The notes under the pieces were generated by a model. It was given only the letters and a program-made list of their open reading frames with translations, had not been told where the DNA came from and did no database searches. From Edaphobacter sp. (GTDB lineage Bacteria > Acidobacteriota > Terriglobia > Terriglobales > Acidobacteriaceae), in NCBI GenBank assembly GCA_025462645.1, contig JAOAPB010000007.1, positions 58,573 to 122,572 of the forward strand: a stretch of 64,000 bases of DNA. Reading direction: 5' to 3'. Shown one piece after another: positions 38,913-49,358 of this stretch. Position numbers and translations under genes: made by a program. The stretch's first letter is position 1; every line of letters begins with the position of its first letter.

Positions 38913-39908
38913 TCAGAATCGAACGCCAAAGGTGATCGGAATAAAGGTGGTTGGAGCACTATTCTGTGTGAAGACATTGAAATAGTTAGGGTTCGAGGTT
39001 GGGTTGGTCCCAGTCGTGTCGTAGTAAGGACGCCGCTTGTTCGCGGTGTATACGTACCGTGCCTCGACGAAGAAGCGCTCATTGGCGAAGCGGGAGAACT
39101 TATAGGTATAACCGACGCCGCCATTCACTCCGAAGGCGTTGCTGGTATACCAGTCGATCGGCTGGTTCGCCTGGTATTGGTAGCAGTAGTAATAGCAGGC
39201 TATGCCAATCGTCGGGATCGTGAAGGCCGTGTACTTGTGGTAGAAGCCCACACCTCCTGTCACATAAGCACTCGACCTCTCTCCCTGCGCGAAGTTGTAG
39301 ATGGGGTCAATCGCAAAAGACCAGATATGCCCATAGCCGCCAAGCTGAGAGAGCGGATTACCGTTCTGATCCGACGCACCCAGGGTGTTGTACAGAGAGA
39401 GCAGGTTGTTCAATGTTTTTCCCTGAATGCCGAAGTTCGCCCAGCTGAAGTCGAGCATCACACCGAAGTTCTTGTTGAAGTTGCGCCCAGCTCCCGCCTG
39501 GATGTTCCAGCTTGTCGTGTAGTAGTTATGCGTACCACCGGTCGGAAGTGTAAAGCCGGCGCCTACCGCAAAGGCGTACTTATTGGAGCCATCTGAGTTG
39601 TGGGTGCTGTCGTTGTAGGTTGTGCGACGACCATAGCGGCGGCGGGGAGGCGGCTGATTCTCTTCACTACCACTGAAGTTGAACCGCTCCGCAGTTGCCA
39701 GCTCGGGTGCACCGACGCTGCTACTGTATTTGAGATCGTCCGGTACAGACAGATTCAGACTTGTCTTCAGATTGACCGAAGGAAGAGAGGTGCTGGTACC
39801 CGCCGATTGTTGAGCCTGCAGGCTAAATGTGCTTGCAGCAGCAAAAAAAACAGTGGCGGTGATACGAGTGATGGTGGAAAGGCGATTCTTACTGATCGTT
39901 GTTTGCAT
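38913..39908 (-). CDS. Outer membrane beta-barrel protein
   Basis: Signal peptide, alternating Gly/aromatic strands, C-terminal GVRF. Confidence 0.78.
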   Translation of the reverse strand: MQTTISKNRLSTITRITATVFFAAASTFSLQAQQSAGTSTSLPSVNLKTSLNLSVPDDLKYSSSVGAPELATAERFNFSGSEENQPPPRRRYGRRTTYNDSTHNSDGSNKYAFAVGAGFTLPTGGTHNYYTTSWNIQAGAGRNFNKNFGVMLDFSWANFGIQGKTLNNLLSLYNTLGASDQNGNPLSQLGGYGHIWSFAIDPIYNFAQGERSSAYVTGGVGFYHKYTAFTIPTIGIACYYYCYQYQANQPIDWYTSNAFGVNGGVGYTYKFSRFANERFFVEARYVYTANKRRPYYDTTGTNPTSNPNYFNVFTQNSAPTTFIPITFGVRF

Positions 39909-40041
39909 CCTTGTGGCTCCCTTGTGTTGCGAGGTTCTTCTATCGCTTCAACCCTGAAGAAATACTGTTGTTGTGTAGGACGCTGAAAACCCGGTTTTGG
40001 ATAACAGTGGGTTGTCACTTTTTATTGAACACACAATAGTT

Positions 40042-40073
40042 TACGGGCATCCTGCGAACGCGGGATGCCCGTA
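40042..40073. terminator. Hairpin downstream of rne/rng
   Basis: TACGGGCATCCTGCG-AA-CGCGGGATGCCCGTA. Confidence 0.65.
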
Positions 40074-40092
40074 TGTGGATTCGATTATCGGT

Positions 40093-43000
40093 CTAGTGAA
40101 TGTCGAACTGCTCGGGGTGAAGGGCGGGGTCAGACTTGACGAGGATCGTCTTGCCGACCATCTCCTCCATCTCCTGAAGCCACTTCGTACCGGGAGCCTT
40201 GAGCTGCTTGACAACCTCGGGGTTGACGCGGAGCATGACGTCGCCGCGGTCGAGGTGCTTCTGCATCTTGCGCATCTCGATGTAGATGTCGTTGCAGACG
40301 GTGACCGGCGACTTGACCATGCCGGTGCCAACGCAGACGTTGCAGGTAGTCGAGAGCGTACGCTCGAGCGACTGCTTGACGCGCTTGCGGGTGATGGCGA
40401 CGAGACCGAAGTCGTTGAACTGAAGAACCTTCGATGGGGCACGGTCGGTCTTGAGCTCTTCTTCAAGCGCGGCCATGACGCGGTTGCGGTTCTTGCGCTC
40501 ATCCATGTCGATGAAGTCGATGATGATGATGCCGCCGAGGTCGCGCAGACGAATCTGGCGGACGATCTCGGGGATGGCATCGAGGTTGGTCTTGACGATG
40601 GTGTCTTCGAGGCGAGCGGTCTTGCCGACGAATTTGCCGGTGTTGATGTCGATCGCGACGAGAGCCTCGGTCTGGTTGATGACGATGGAGCCGCCGGACT
40701 TGAGCCACACCTTGCTGCGGAGGGCCTTGTTGATCTCTTCGGTGATACCGAACTGCTCGAAGAGCGGGGTCTCCTTGGTGTAGAGCTTGACGCGGCGGAT
40801 GAGCGACGGCTGGAAGCGCTGCAGGAAGCGCAGGACGCGCTCGTACTCGGTCTCGGTATCGACCCAGATTGCCGAGAAGGTATCGGTGACCTGATCGCGG
40901 AGGATACGCTCGACGAGGTTGAGATCGTGATAGATCAGCGCCGGCGACTTACTGGACTCGGAGCGCTGCTTGATGTCTGCCCAGAGGTTCAGCAGGAAGC
41001 GGAGGTCGCTGCGGAGCTCCTCTTCGCTGGCACCCGAGGCTGCGGTGCGGACGATGAAGCCGCCTGAGGCCTCGCCCTTCTCGCTGAGCAGGATCTCCTT
41101 GAGGCGGCGGCGCTCACCGTCGGACTCGATCTTGCGCGAGACCCCGGTGTGGTTGACCGTGGGCATGAAGACAAGGAAGCGGCCCGGGAGAGCGATGTGC
41201 GATGTGATGCGCGCGCCCTTCTTGGCGATAGGCTCCTTGGCGATCTGGACGAGAATCTCCTGACCTGGCTTGAGGAGTTCGCTGATGGCGGGCAAATTGG
41301 TCGACTGCATAGAGCTGCGGCCACCGCGACGGTCGCGGCCTCCGCTACGCTCGCGGTCCCCTGCGCCACCGGTGTGACGGGCACGGTCTCCACGACCGCT
41401 GCGATCTCCGCGACGACCGTCACGACGGCCATCACGCCGACCGCGGGAACGGTCACCCTCAGTGGAACGATCCTGCGACGGCGCTGTGCCGTGGCTTTCG
41501 TCGAATCCACTGGTCGTGGTCAGTTCAGCGCCATCGGCAAACTCGTGATGGGTAAACTGATCATCGGATTCTTCGGATTCTTCGGATTCAGTCTCGTCGA
41601 GATCGTCTCCCTCGTCCTCAAGATCGTCGAGACTGCGGTCGTCGATGGAGTCTTCCTCTTCGAGTTCGTCCTCTTCCTCCTCGGGATTAATACCGGAGCG
41701 TGTGATCTGGTCGATGGACATCTCGCGGAGCATGGTGCCGAGATCGGCAGCACCTTCGAGGGTCTCCTCTTCGTCGAGATCGTCGAGCTCTTCGATAGCG
41801 CTGGCATGGAGCGTGGGCGGCAAGTCCTCTTCGTCGAGAGTCTCCTCCTCGAGTTCGCCTGGACCAGGAACGAAGTCCTGATGGAAGGCACGGCCCGTAT
41901 CTTCGATGGCATTCTCAGCTGGATTGAAGATCGCCGTCTCATGCTGGATGGGAGCGGTCTGCTCCGCGGTCTCCTGCGGGGTGACAGCAGGGACGGAGAC
42001 CTCAGAGGACATCTCGCCGGTAGCGTGGAGAGTCGTTAGCTCGTGTGGAGCGGGAGCGGCATCCACAGATGCAGGAGGAGCCTCCTCCGTCTGCCAGTCA
42101 AACTTTTCATACGAGGTGACGGAGGGTGCCTGAGGCTCAACGTGGGCCTCTATGGGTGACTCGACGGGGGACTCGGGCGACGCTTCCACCGGAGGCTCGA
42201 CCGTAGGAGCGCTCTGACGGAACTCGCTGGGAGCCACAGGGTCTACGCGGTAGGAGGCGGAGGCTTCGGTAGGCTCGTACTCTACCGGAGTTGCAGGCTT
42301 CGGCTCCTCCTGATGGGTGGAAGCTGTCTCGGGATGCAAGGCCTCAACAACTTCGGGCTGATCCTCCGGGATTGGGACCACGCTGACACCATCAGGCTCC
42401 TGGATCACCTGGGCCTGGATCACCTGGGCCTCGATCACCTGTGCCTGGGGCTGCTGGGGCTCGGGCCTGTTGCGGAACTCCTGACGAGGCTCGGCGCGGC
42501 GGTGACGCGAGAGTGACTCACCAGGCAGGGTGGCTCCGCCGTCCCAGCCTTCGGGGATGGCGTAGCTTGCTACCTGCGGGATAATGATGGCCGCATCCAC
42601 TGGTTTGGCGGGTGCCGATGATGCGACCTCTTCGCCAGGTTTGCGATACTTCGAGAGGGACTCGCCCGGCAGCACGATCGGCTCTGGCGCTGGGCCGTTG
42701 GACTCGGAGCCCTCGCTGTAAGGGGTGTTGTCTACGCCGTAGAGGGAGGTCTTGGGGGCGAAGCCACGGGGGACTCGAGGAGCGCGGCCGTCACGATCGC
42801 GACCGCGGTCACGGCCACCACGATCTCTGCGGTTCCGGTCATCGCGACCATCATGATCACCGCGGTCACGACGCCCTGCGTTGTCCTGCGTAAGGCCTGG
42901 GGCGGGATAAGCAGAGGGGATAGGAGCGGTCTCGTTCGCGATTGGGCGTTCCGCTGCTCCCTCGATGTCAATGGTGTCGTCCTGGCTGTAGTCCGAAGCA

Positions 43001-43707
43001 TCGTTCGGAACGGAGTCAGACTGGGAGTCCGGGCGGGAGAGCTGCGCGGACTCGTCGCGCTGACCACGACCACGGCGGCGGCCACGACGGCCACGCCAGC
43101 GGCGGCTGCCATCCGCACCGGGAGCGCCTTCGCCGATGTCAGAGCCATCGGTGCTCAGCGTGGGAGCCTCTTCCGAATCGGAGGAGACGGGACGGTCAAA
43201 GTCAGCAAGGCTGGCCTCTGGTATGTCCGAAGGCTGAGTGCCGTCGACACTGGGCTGACGCTCACGGTTTCCACGGCGGTCGCGGCGGCCCCGGCCACCC
43301 CGGTCGCGTCCGCGATCACCACGGTCGTTTCGTTCTGAGGAGCGGCTGCCGGTGTCTTCCGGGGAGGCGACGGTTGTGCCTTCGAGGGTGGGAGCTTCGC
43401 GGTTGCCGTGGTCGCGGCTGTCCCGGCGGGGGGCACGGTCGCCGTTGCTCGTGGTGTCGAAGTCGGCGGAGTCCCCGGCCTCTTCCATGAAGTCGGTGAT
43501 GTAGAGAAAGGCGTCGCGCTCGAGGCCGATGTCCACGAACGAGGACTGCATGCCTGGAAGGACACGGGTTACTTTTCCGTTGTAGATCGAGCCGGCGAGT
43601 GTGTATTCGTTCTCTCGCTCGTAGTAGATCTCGGCTAAGGCGTCGTTTTCGACGATGGCCAGACGCGTCTCATGGGGCGTGCTGGATATATATATTTCTT
43701 TTGACAT
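40093..43707 (-). CDS. RNase E/G family endoribonuclease with large disordered insertion
   Basis: GKVTRVLPGMQSSFVDIG ... VQIAKEP..KGAR; DINTG, DFIDM, CxxC Zn link. Confidence 0.93.
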   Translation of the reverse strand: MSKEIYISSTPHETRLAIVENDALAEIYYERENEYTLAGSIYNGKVTRVLPGMQSSFVDIGLERDAFLYITDFMEEAGDSADFDTTSNGDRAPRRDSRDHGNREAPTLEGTTVASPEDTGSRSSERNDRGDRGRDRGGRGRRDRRGNRERQPSVDGTQPSDIPEASLADFDRPVSSDSEEAPTLSTDGSDIGEGAPGADGSRRWRGRRGRRRGRGQRDESAQLSRPDSQSDSVPNDASDYSQDDTIDIEGAAERPIANETAPIPSAYPAPGLTQDNAGRRDRGDHDGRDDRNRRDRGGRDRGRDRDGRAPRVPRGFAPKTSLYGVDNTPYSEGSESNGPAPEPIVLPGESLSKYRKPGEEVASSAPAKPVDAAIIIPQVASYAIPEGWDGGATLPGESLSRHRRAEPRQEFRNRPEPQQPQAQVIEAQVIQAQVIQEPDGVSVVPIPEDQPEVVEALHPETASTHQEEPKPATPVEYEPTEASASYRVDPVAPSEFRQSAPTVEPPVEASPESPVESPIEAHVEPQAPSVTSYEKFDWQTEEAPPASVDAAPAPHELTTLHATGEMSSEVSVPAVTPQETAEQTAPIQHETAIFNPAENAIEDTGRAFHQDFVPGPGELEEETLDEEDLPPTLHASAIEELDDLDEEETLEGAADLGTMLREMSIDQITRSGINPEEEEDELEEEDSIDDRSLDDLEDEGDDLDETESEESEESDDQFTHHEFADGAELTTTSGFDESHGTAPSQDRSTEGDRSRGRRDGRRDGRRGDRSGRGDRARHTGGAGDRERSGGRDRRGGRSSMQSTNLPAISELLKPGQEILVQIAKEPIAKKGARITSHIALPGRFLVFMPTVNHTGVSRKIESDGERRRLKEILLSEKGEASGGFIVRTAASGASEEELRSDLRFLLNLWADIKQRSESSKSPALIYHDLNLVERILRDQVTDTFSAIWVDTETEYERVLRFLQRFQPSLIRRVKLYTKETPLFEQFGITEEINKALRSKVWLKSGGSIVINQTEALVAIDINTGKFVGKTARLEDTIVKTNLDAIPEIVRQIRLRDLGGIIIIDFIDMDERKNRNRVMAALEEELKTDRAPSKVLQFNDFGLVAITRKRVKQSLERTLSTTCNVCVGTGMVKSPVTVCNDIYIEMRKMQKHLDRGDVMLRVNPEVVKQLKAPGTKWLQEMEEMVGKTILVKSDPALHPEQFDIH

Positions 43708-44262
43708 TGCTCTGCTCTTTCTGCCCGACCTGGTTGAGGTGCGAGCTGCAGACGAGACAGAGACAACCGGGAGTTTGCCTAGCGGAAGGCTAGGTGTGGC
43801 TCACCGTGGGTGCGGACAGGGATGCGGGATGCGGAAGCTGCGTGAGCGATGACCGGTGCGAGATTTGCCGTGGCCGCGCTCCTGAAGAGCGTGGGCAGGG
43901 CGACACAATGGAGATCGGGAACACGAGGGGGTGCTTCAAGCGGCAGGAGACATCGGGAGTTTGTGGCCCAAACAGCGTCAGAGTCAAAATTAGAACTCTG
44001 AGGCGGGGCCGTTCGCCATCCGGATGCAATCATTCCCTAAAACCTGTCCGGCCAACGGAATCGATAGTCTCTGGCTGGCCGGCCTTTTCTTCTAAAAAGT
44101 CGTTGTTCCGCTTACTGGCGACCTTGCGCCTTGGCGTAGCGGGATAAAACACTGAACAGCATCTACAGCCGTCCCGTGATGCCTCTAGTATTGCACTAAA
44201 TATGCTGCATGGGCCAGCAAGAACAAAAAATCTCTTTATATGAGTCAGTTAGAGAAGATCGT

Positions 44263-45363
44263 CTAGTTTACGAACCGGCGCATCCGAATATTCATGACGA
44301 TGCCGAGAGCGAGGAAGCTGAAGAGGATCGACGACCCACCATAGCTCATCAGGGGGAGAGGAATTCCCGTGACAGGCATCAGGCCGACGACCATGCCTAT
44401 ATTGACGGCTATCTGAAAGAGCATGACCCCGACAACCCCCATGATAATAAAGGATCCGGGCAGGTCGGAGGCGGTCTGAGCGTTCTGGATCAGACGCATC
44501 AGGATAAGGAAGTACAGCAGGAGAATCCCCAGGGCACCGATGAAGCCGTGCTCCTCGCAGAAGGCGGCGAAGATGAAGTCGGTGTAGGGAATGGGGAGGA
44601 AGTCGCCCTGGGTCTGGGTTCCCTTGTTGGCGCCTTTACCCCAGATTCCTCCGGAGCCGACGGCGATCAGGGACTGGCGGATCTGGTAGCCGGAGCCGCG
44701 AGGGTCGTCATCGGGATTCATGAAGCTGGTGAGCCGGGCCTTCTGGTACGGCTTGAGGAGTTTGCCGGTCTTCCAGGCCGCACCGCCCAGCAGGGCTACC
44801 CCGAGCAGGATGATGGCTGCCTGTTTGAAGCGGATACCGCCGAGGAACAGGCTGCAGATGAGGATGGGCAGGTAGGTGAGCGATGTCCCGAGATCCGGCT
44901 GCTTGAGCACCATGAGCATCGGAACGCAGACCAGTGCGAAGGCCTTGCCTATGTCGGTCCACGTCAGCTCCCTGCCGGCGAGGCCCCAGAAGTAACGGGC
45001 TACGGCCACGATCAGGACCAGCTTGATCCACTCGGAGGGCTGGAAGTGGCCGCCAGGGACCTTGATCCAGCGACGGGCGCCGAGAACCTTGGTCCCGACG
45101 GCCAGGACAGCAATGAGCGAGAGAATGCTGATGCCATAGGCGTAGTGAACGACGTCCAGCAGGCGATGGTAGTCGATCAGCGAGATCAGGAACATCAGGA
45201 TCACGCCTACGACGAGGAAGCCGATCTGCTTCTGGTCGAAGCCGTGGAACTTCGTGTGGAGCGTGGCCGACTTGATCTCGAGGACGCTGATGAGCGAGAG
45301 CAGGAGGACGAAGCCCAGCAGTATCCAGTCGAAGTCGCGATAGTAGGAGGAGAGACGAGGCAT
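44263..45363 (-). CDS. rodA: Rod shape-determining protein RodA
   Basis: GARRWI, QPSE, QPDLGT, TDFIF, EEHGF, GIPLPLMSYGGSS. Confidence 0.95.
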   Translation of the reverse strand: MPRLSSYYRDFDWILLGFVLLLSLISVLEIKSATLHTKFHGFDQKQIGFLVVGVILMFLISLIDYHRLLDVVHYAYGISILSLIAVLAVGTKVLGARRWIKVPGGHFQPSEWIKLVLIVAVARYFWGLAGRELTWTDIGKAFALVCVPMLMVLKQPDLGTSLTYLPILICSLFLGGIRFKQAAIILLGVALLGGAAWKTGKLLKPYQKARLTSFMNPDDDPRGSGYQIRQSLIAVGSGGIWGKGANKGTQTQGDFLPIPYTDFIFAAFCEEHGFIGALGILLLYFLILMRLIQNAQTASDLPGSFIIMGVVGVMLFQIAVNIGMVVGLMPVTGIPLPLMSYGGSSILFSFLALGIVMNIRMRRFVN

Positions 45364-45378
45364 GGGTGCTAGTCCAGC

Positions 45379-47319
45379 TTACTGTGCGGGAGGGATAACC
45401 GCGGTGGCGGCGGTACCGGGCGAGGCCGTCGGGGATAAAGACGGGGCGATGGGCTTGGGGGCCTCGGCGATGCGGACGTTGTTCTCGCGCTTGCGCTGCT
45501 TGTTCACGAAGGCGTCGATGACCTGGGCTCCCAGCTTGGCTGAGTTGGCACCCCAGTCACCGTTCTCCCACAGGACTGCAACGACGATGTCGGGGTTGCG
45601 TCTTGGGGCCATGCCGACGAACCAGGCGTTGGGGACGGTCCTGTGGCCGCCTCCGCTGCGGGCGAGCGCGTCATGGCTCATCACCTGGGCGGTACCTGTC
45701 TTGCCGGCGAAGTCGATACCTTCAAGGTGCGACGCGGCCGCAGTGCCGGTGGTGGTGGCCGCAGCCATCGCGTCGGTAATGATCTGCCAGTTCTCCGGAG
45801 CAAGCGGGATTGTGGCGTCGCCGGAGCCGGGGAAGGTCTCGTGAATCGCGGTGAGCTCCTGTGCCGGCACCTCGTCCGGGAAAACTACATGGGGGCGGTG
45901 AAGGACTCCGCCTGAGGCTATGCCGCCCAGGGCGCGGGCCAGCTGGAGTGGCGTGGCCGTAACAGCTCCCTGCCCGATACCAACCGAGATAACCTCGCCG
46001 GCGTACCACTTCTCATGGAAGTTCCTCATCTTCCATGCGGTGGAGGGCATGGTTCCGGCGACCTCGTCCGGAAGGTCGATCCCGGTGCGCTGGGCGAAGC
46101 CGAGCGAGGTGGCATAGCGGGCGATGGTGTCGATGCCCAGCTTGTTGGCAAGAGTGTAGTAGAAGGTGTCGCACGACCAGGGGATGGCAGTATTGATGTC
46201 GACCATGCCGTGGCGCTTATCGCAGGCGAAAAAATGGCCGTAGAACGAGGCTCCGCCGCTGCACATGACGCGCATGGTCTGGGCCTCGTTCTCCTGGAGG
46301 CCGGCTACGGACATGATGATCTTGAAGGTGGAGCCCGGTGCAAGCTGAGCCTGGGTGGCCTTGTTGAGCAGAGGATGATCCGGGTTGGTGAGGATCTCGT
46401 TCCAGTAACTCTTGCTGAGTCGGACGGAGAACTGGTTTGGGTCGAAGGTCGGACGCGAGGCCAGGGCGAGGATCTCTCCGGTATGAGGGTCTATTGCCAC
46501 GATGGCCCCAACCTTGCCCTCCAGGGCCTTTTCAGCAGCCATCTGGACATCGAGGTCAATCGTCAGCTTCAGGTCCTGACCGGGCTTGGCCAGGGTCTGT
46601 CCAAGGTGGCCGATCTCTTTGCCGTGGCTGTTCACGATGACGTCGCGGCTGCCGTCTTCACCGCGAAGCAGCGCGTCGTAGGTTGCCTCGACGCCGGACT
46701 TCCCCACGACGTCACCCGGCTGATAGAAGGCATATTTGGATTTGTTGAGATCTTCCTCCGATATCTCGCCGACATAGCCGATCATATGGGCGGCAAAGCC
46801 GTCGCGCGGATAGAGACGGCGCTGCTCGTCGAGGGTCTCAAGCTCGGGCAGCTCGTTGCGATGGGCCTCGATGAACGCCTGCTCGTCTGGAGTGATGTCC
46901 TGCTTGAGCGGGATAGGCTGGTACTTGGGAGCCGTCTGAAAGCGACGCAGGGTGGCATGGATCTGCTCGACCGGGATGTGAAGCCCCTTCGCAATGAAGG
47001 GAAGATCGGCATCGAGATCCTTGATCTGTTCGCGCAAGAGGTAGCAGGAGACCGACGGATAGTTATCGACGAGGAGGCGGCCTTCGCGATCGAACAGGCG
47101 TCCCCGGGGAGCAAGCACGGGAATCTTGCGGATGCGGTTGGCTTCGGCGAGCGCACGGAAGTTGTCGGCACCGAGAACCTCAAGCCGCCAGAGCCCGACG
47201 GCCAGGATGACAAGGACGATCGCGATCAGGTACTGCGCGGAGTGCAGTTTTCCCGCGGGCAGCTTCTCAGCTCTACCGTTGGGGCCAATGGGCCGGTCGG
47301 AATATGACGCTAGTTCCAT
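45379..47319 (-). CDS. mrdA: Penicillin-binding protein 2
   Basis: PRGRLFDR, R.YP, PGSTFK, SCD, KTGTAQ; lies between mreD and rodA. Confidence 0.95.
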   Translation of the reverse strand: MELASYSDRPIGPNGRAEKLPAGKLHSAQYLIAIVLVILAVGLWRLEVLGADNFRALAEANRIRKIPVLAPRGRLFDREGRLLVDNYPSVSCYLLREQIKDLDADLPFIAKGLHIPVEQIHATLRRFQTAPKYQPIPLKQDITPDEQAFIEAHRNELPELETLDEQRRLYPRDGFAAHMIGYVGEISEEDLNKSKYAFYQPGDVVGKSGVEATYDALLRGEDGSRDVIVNSHGKEIGHLGQTLAKPGQDLKLTIDLDVQMAAEKALEGKVGAIVAIDPHTGEILALASRPTFDPNQFSVRLSKSYWNEILTNPDHPLLNKATQAQLAPGSTFKIIMSVAGLQENEAQTMRVMCSGGASFYGHFFACDKRHGMVDINTAIPWSCDTFYYTLANKLGIDTIARYATSLGFAQRTGIDLPDEVAGTMPSTAWKMRNFHEKWYAGEVISVGIGQGAVTATPLQLARALGGIASGGVLHRPHVVFPDEVPAQELTAIHETFPGSGDATIPLAPENWQIITDAMAAATTTGTAAASHLEGIDFAGKTGTAQVMSHDALARSGGGHRTVPNAWFVGMAPRRNPDIVVAVLWENGDWGANSAKLGAQVIDAFVNKQRKRENNVRIAEAPKPIAPSLSPTASPGTAATAVIPPAQ

Positions 47320-47350
47320 GCTTTTTTAGTTTAGACGGTTGCTTCGAAGC

Positions 47351-47875
47351 TTAGTCGGCTCTCTTGCTGTGATCCAGCAGAAGAAATATGGGGATGGCGA
47401 CAACCGTGTTAATGGCGGCGCGGATAAGCTCGTGTACCCAGAAGATATGAAGTCCGGGGAGACCGAGCAGGCGATGGTTGATGAGAAAGAGCAGGAGACT
47501 GTTGAGGATCGAGAAGCCGAAGTTGATGACGAGACGAGTCGAGAGATTCTCGACGTCGACCTGAATGCCGATGCTGGCGGCGATATAGCCGATGACGGAT
47601 TTGGCCATGCCGTTTACGCCGATAGGCTGGTTGGTCAGGGCGTCCTGAAGCAGTCCGATGGCGGCCCCCGTGAGCGTTCCCGCGACGGGGTTACGGCGGG
47701 AGACGGCGAAGAAGATGGTGACGATCAGGGGAAGATCGAGGATAGCGAGACGCGGAAATGGCTTGGGAAGAAGGGCTTGCAGCACAATGGCCGCTATCGG
47801 CACGAGCAGCGCCACGGCAGGGGGAAAGCTGTGCTGCTCAAGTTCTCGACGTGAGGTGTAGCTGTGGATGGCCAT
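47351..47875 (-). CDS. mreD: Rod shape-determining protein MreD
   Basis: Hydrophobic, GLLQDAL motif, synteny. Confidence 0.88.
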   Translation of the reverse strand: MAIHSYTSRRELEQHSFPPAVALLVPIAAIVLQALLPKPFPRLAILDLPLIVTIFFAVSRRNPVAGTLTGAAIGLLQDALTNQPIGVNGMAKSVIGYIAASIGIQVDVENLSTRLVINFGFSILNSLLLFLINHRLLGLPGLHIFWVHELIRAAINTVVAIPIFLLLDHSKRAD

Positions 47876-49177
47876 TTAGTTGGGCTGGCTCTCAGGTTGC
47901 GGAGGGGTGGGAGTCGGTGCTTTTCTACGGACCACCGGCGGGTTCGTAGATGGCGGGTTCGTAGTTGAAGCTGGCGGGTTATCGGTATTGACCTCCGGAT
48001 TGGCTCCGCCGCCGTTCTCGGCTCCCGGCTTGAGAGAGGATGCAGGCGGGGCTGAGCCCGGGGTGTAGCGGTCCGGATGGAGGGTGGGAAGGGGCCGCGG
48101 GACGATTCCGCCTATTTTGGCAGCTGGCGTAGCGCCCGGCGCGGTTTTGGCGTCAGGCTCAGGATTGTTGGGATCATGGAGGCTAGGAAGGCGGTCGGCT
48201 ACGATCTGCGCCGCAGACTTCGCAGCAGCCTCTGCGGCCGCCTCGGCAGCGGCGACTCTGGCAGCCTCAGCCTGGGCTTCGGCGGTAACGGCTCCCGCAG
48301 CCAGATCCTTCCTGGCCTGCACAGGCAGCTCGGACTGTGTGCCGGTGATGACCAACACCTCCTCAAGCTGGAAGAGGTTCGTCGCGGGGCGGAGCTGAAT
48401 GATCGTATAGGGCTGATGATCGGGGTCCGGGGCGATGGATTCGATGGTCCCGACATTCAGTCCGTGCGGATAGACCTGGTCTCCCCCCGAGGTCAGCACG
48501 GTCTCGCCGGGCTTGATCCGCGAGTCCGGCGTGAGGTTGGTGATCTGGATATGGCCGGTGACGCTGCCGCGAAGGATAGCGCGGATGCGAGTCGTGGCCA
48601 GCAGAACACCGGCTCCAGAGGTCTGGTCGTTGATAAGCAGGACCTGTGAGGTGTGCGGGAAGACGTCGCGAAGCTTGCCGACGATGCCGTCCGGGGTAAT
48701 GACAGCCTGATCCGGCTTGAGCCCGTCCTTGGAGCCCTTATCGATATACAGCACATGAGAGAGATCGCTGCCGCTGGTTCCGATCACTTGCGCGGCGACC
48801 GTGGTGGCGACATAGTGTTGCTGAAAATCGAGCAGCGCCTGAAGGCGGTGGCCCTGAATCGCGTCTTCGGCCAATGCAGCCTGTTCAAGGCGAAGCCGTG
48901 CGATCTCCTGCTGCAGGTCGTGATTCTGCTGCCGGGTATGGCGCAGGTCGATATAGTTGGCCCACCCGCCGCGGATGTTGTGGCCAATGCCAAGGAAGAA
49001 GCGCTCCAGCGGAGTCACTGTGGCGACCACCCAATACCGGATAAGCGTGACCTTGGTGCCGTCCGGAGCGCCGGACTCGACAGGCCGGCGAACCTGGATG
49101 GCCAGGGCTATTGTCTGCGCGAGAAGAACCGCGACCAGGACAAGGACATTCTTGAAACGTGTAAAGAAGGATTCCAT
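47876..49177 (-). CDS. mreC: Rod shape-determining protein MreC
   Basis: TM, coiled coil, IDKGS.DG, GIVGK, TSG...YP.G..VG; Pro-rich tail. Confidence 0.93.
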   Translation of the reverse strand: MESFFTRFKNVLVLVAVLLAQTIALAIQVRRPVESGAPDGTKVTLIRYWVVATVTPLERFFLGIGHNIRGGWANYIDLRHTRQQNHDLQQEIARLRLEQAALAEDAIQGHRLQALLDFQQHYVATTVAAQVIGTSGSDLSHVLYIDKGSKDGLKPDQAVITPDGIVGKLRDVFPHTSQVLLINDQTSGAGVLLATTRIRAILRGSVTGHIQITNLTPDSRIKPGETVLTSGGDQVYPHGLNVGTIESIAPDPDHQPYTIIQLRPATNLFQLEEVLVITGTQSELPVQARKDLAAGAVTAEAQAEAARVAAAEAAAEAAAKSAAQIVADRLPSLHDPNNPEPDAKTAPGATPAAKIGGIVPRPLPTLHPDRYTPGSAPPASSLKPGAENGGGANPEVNTDNPPASTTNPPSTNPPVVRRKAPTPTPPQPESQPN

Positions 49178-49358
49178 GCGCTAGAGATGATTATCCGCGA
49201 GATGTCGCATATGTGGGAGGGCAGGGGTGACAGTATAGATGCGGGGCGTAAGTTGCCAGCTCATCGCCGCGCAGAGCACGGCGGTAAGGCGAGGAACAAT
49301 TTTGCCTGGAAGCCGTATAGACATGGGACCCTGAAGCCAAATCAAGTGAGGTACCGCG

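Noticed and set aside
44209-47307. Long plus-strand ORFs opposite rodA and mrdA (and similar ones elsewhere)
   Set aside because: Expected stop-poor antisense frames from high GC3; no recognisable motifs.
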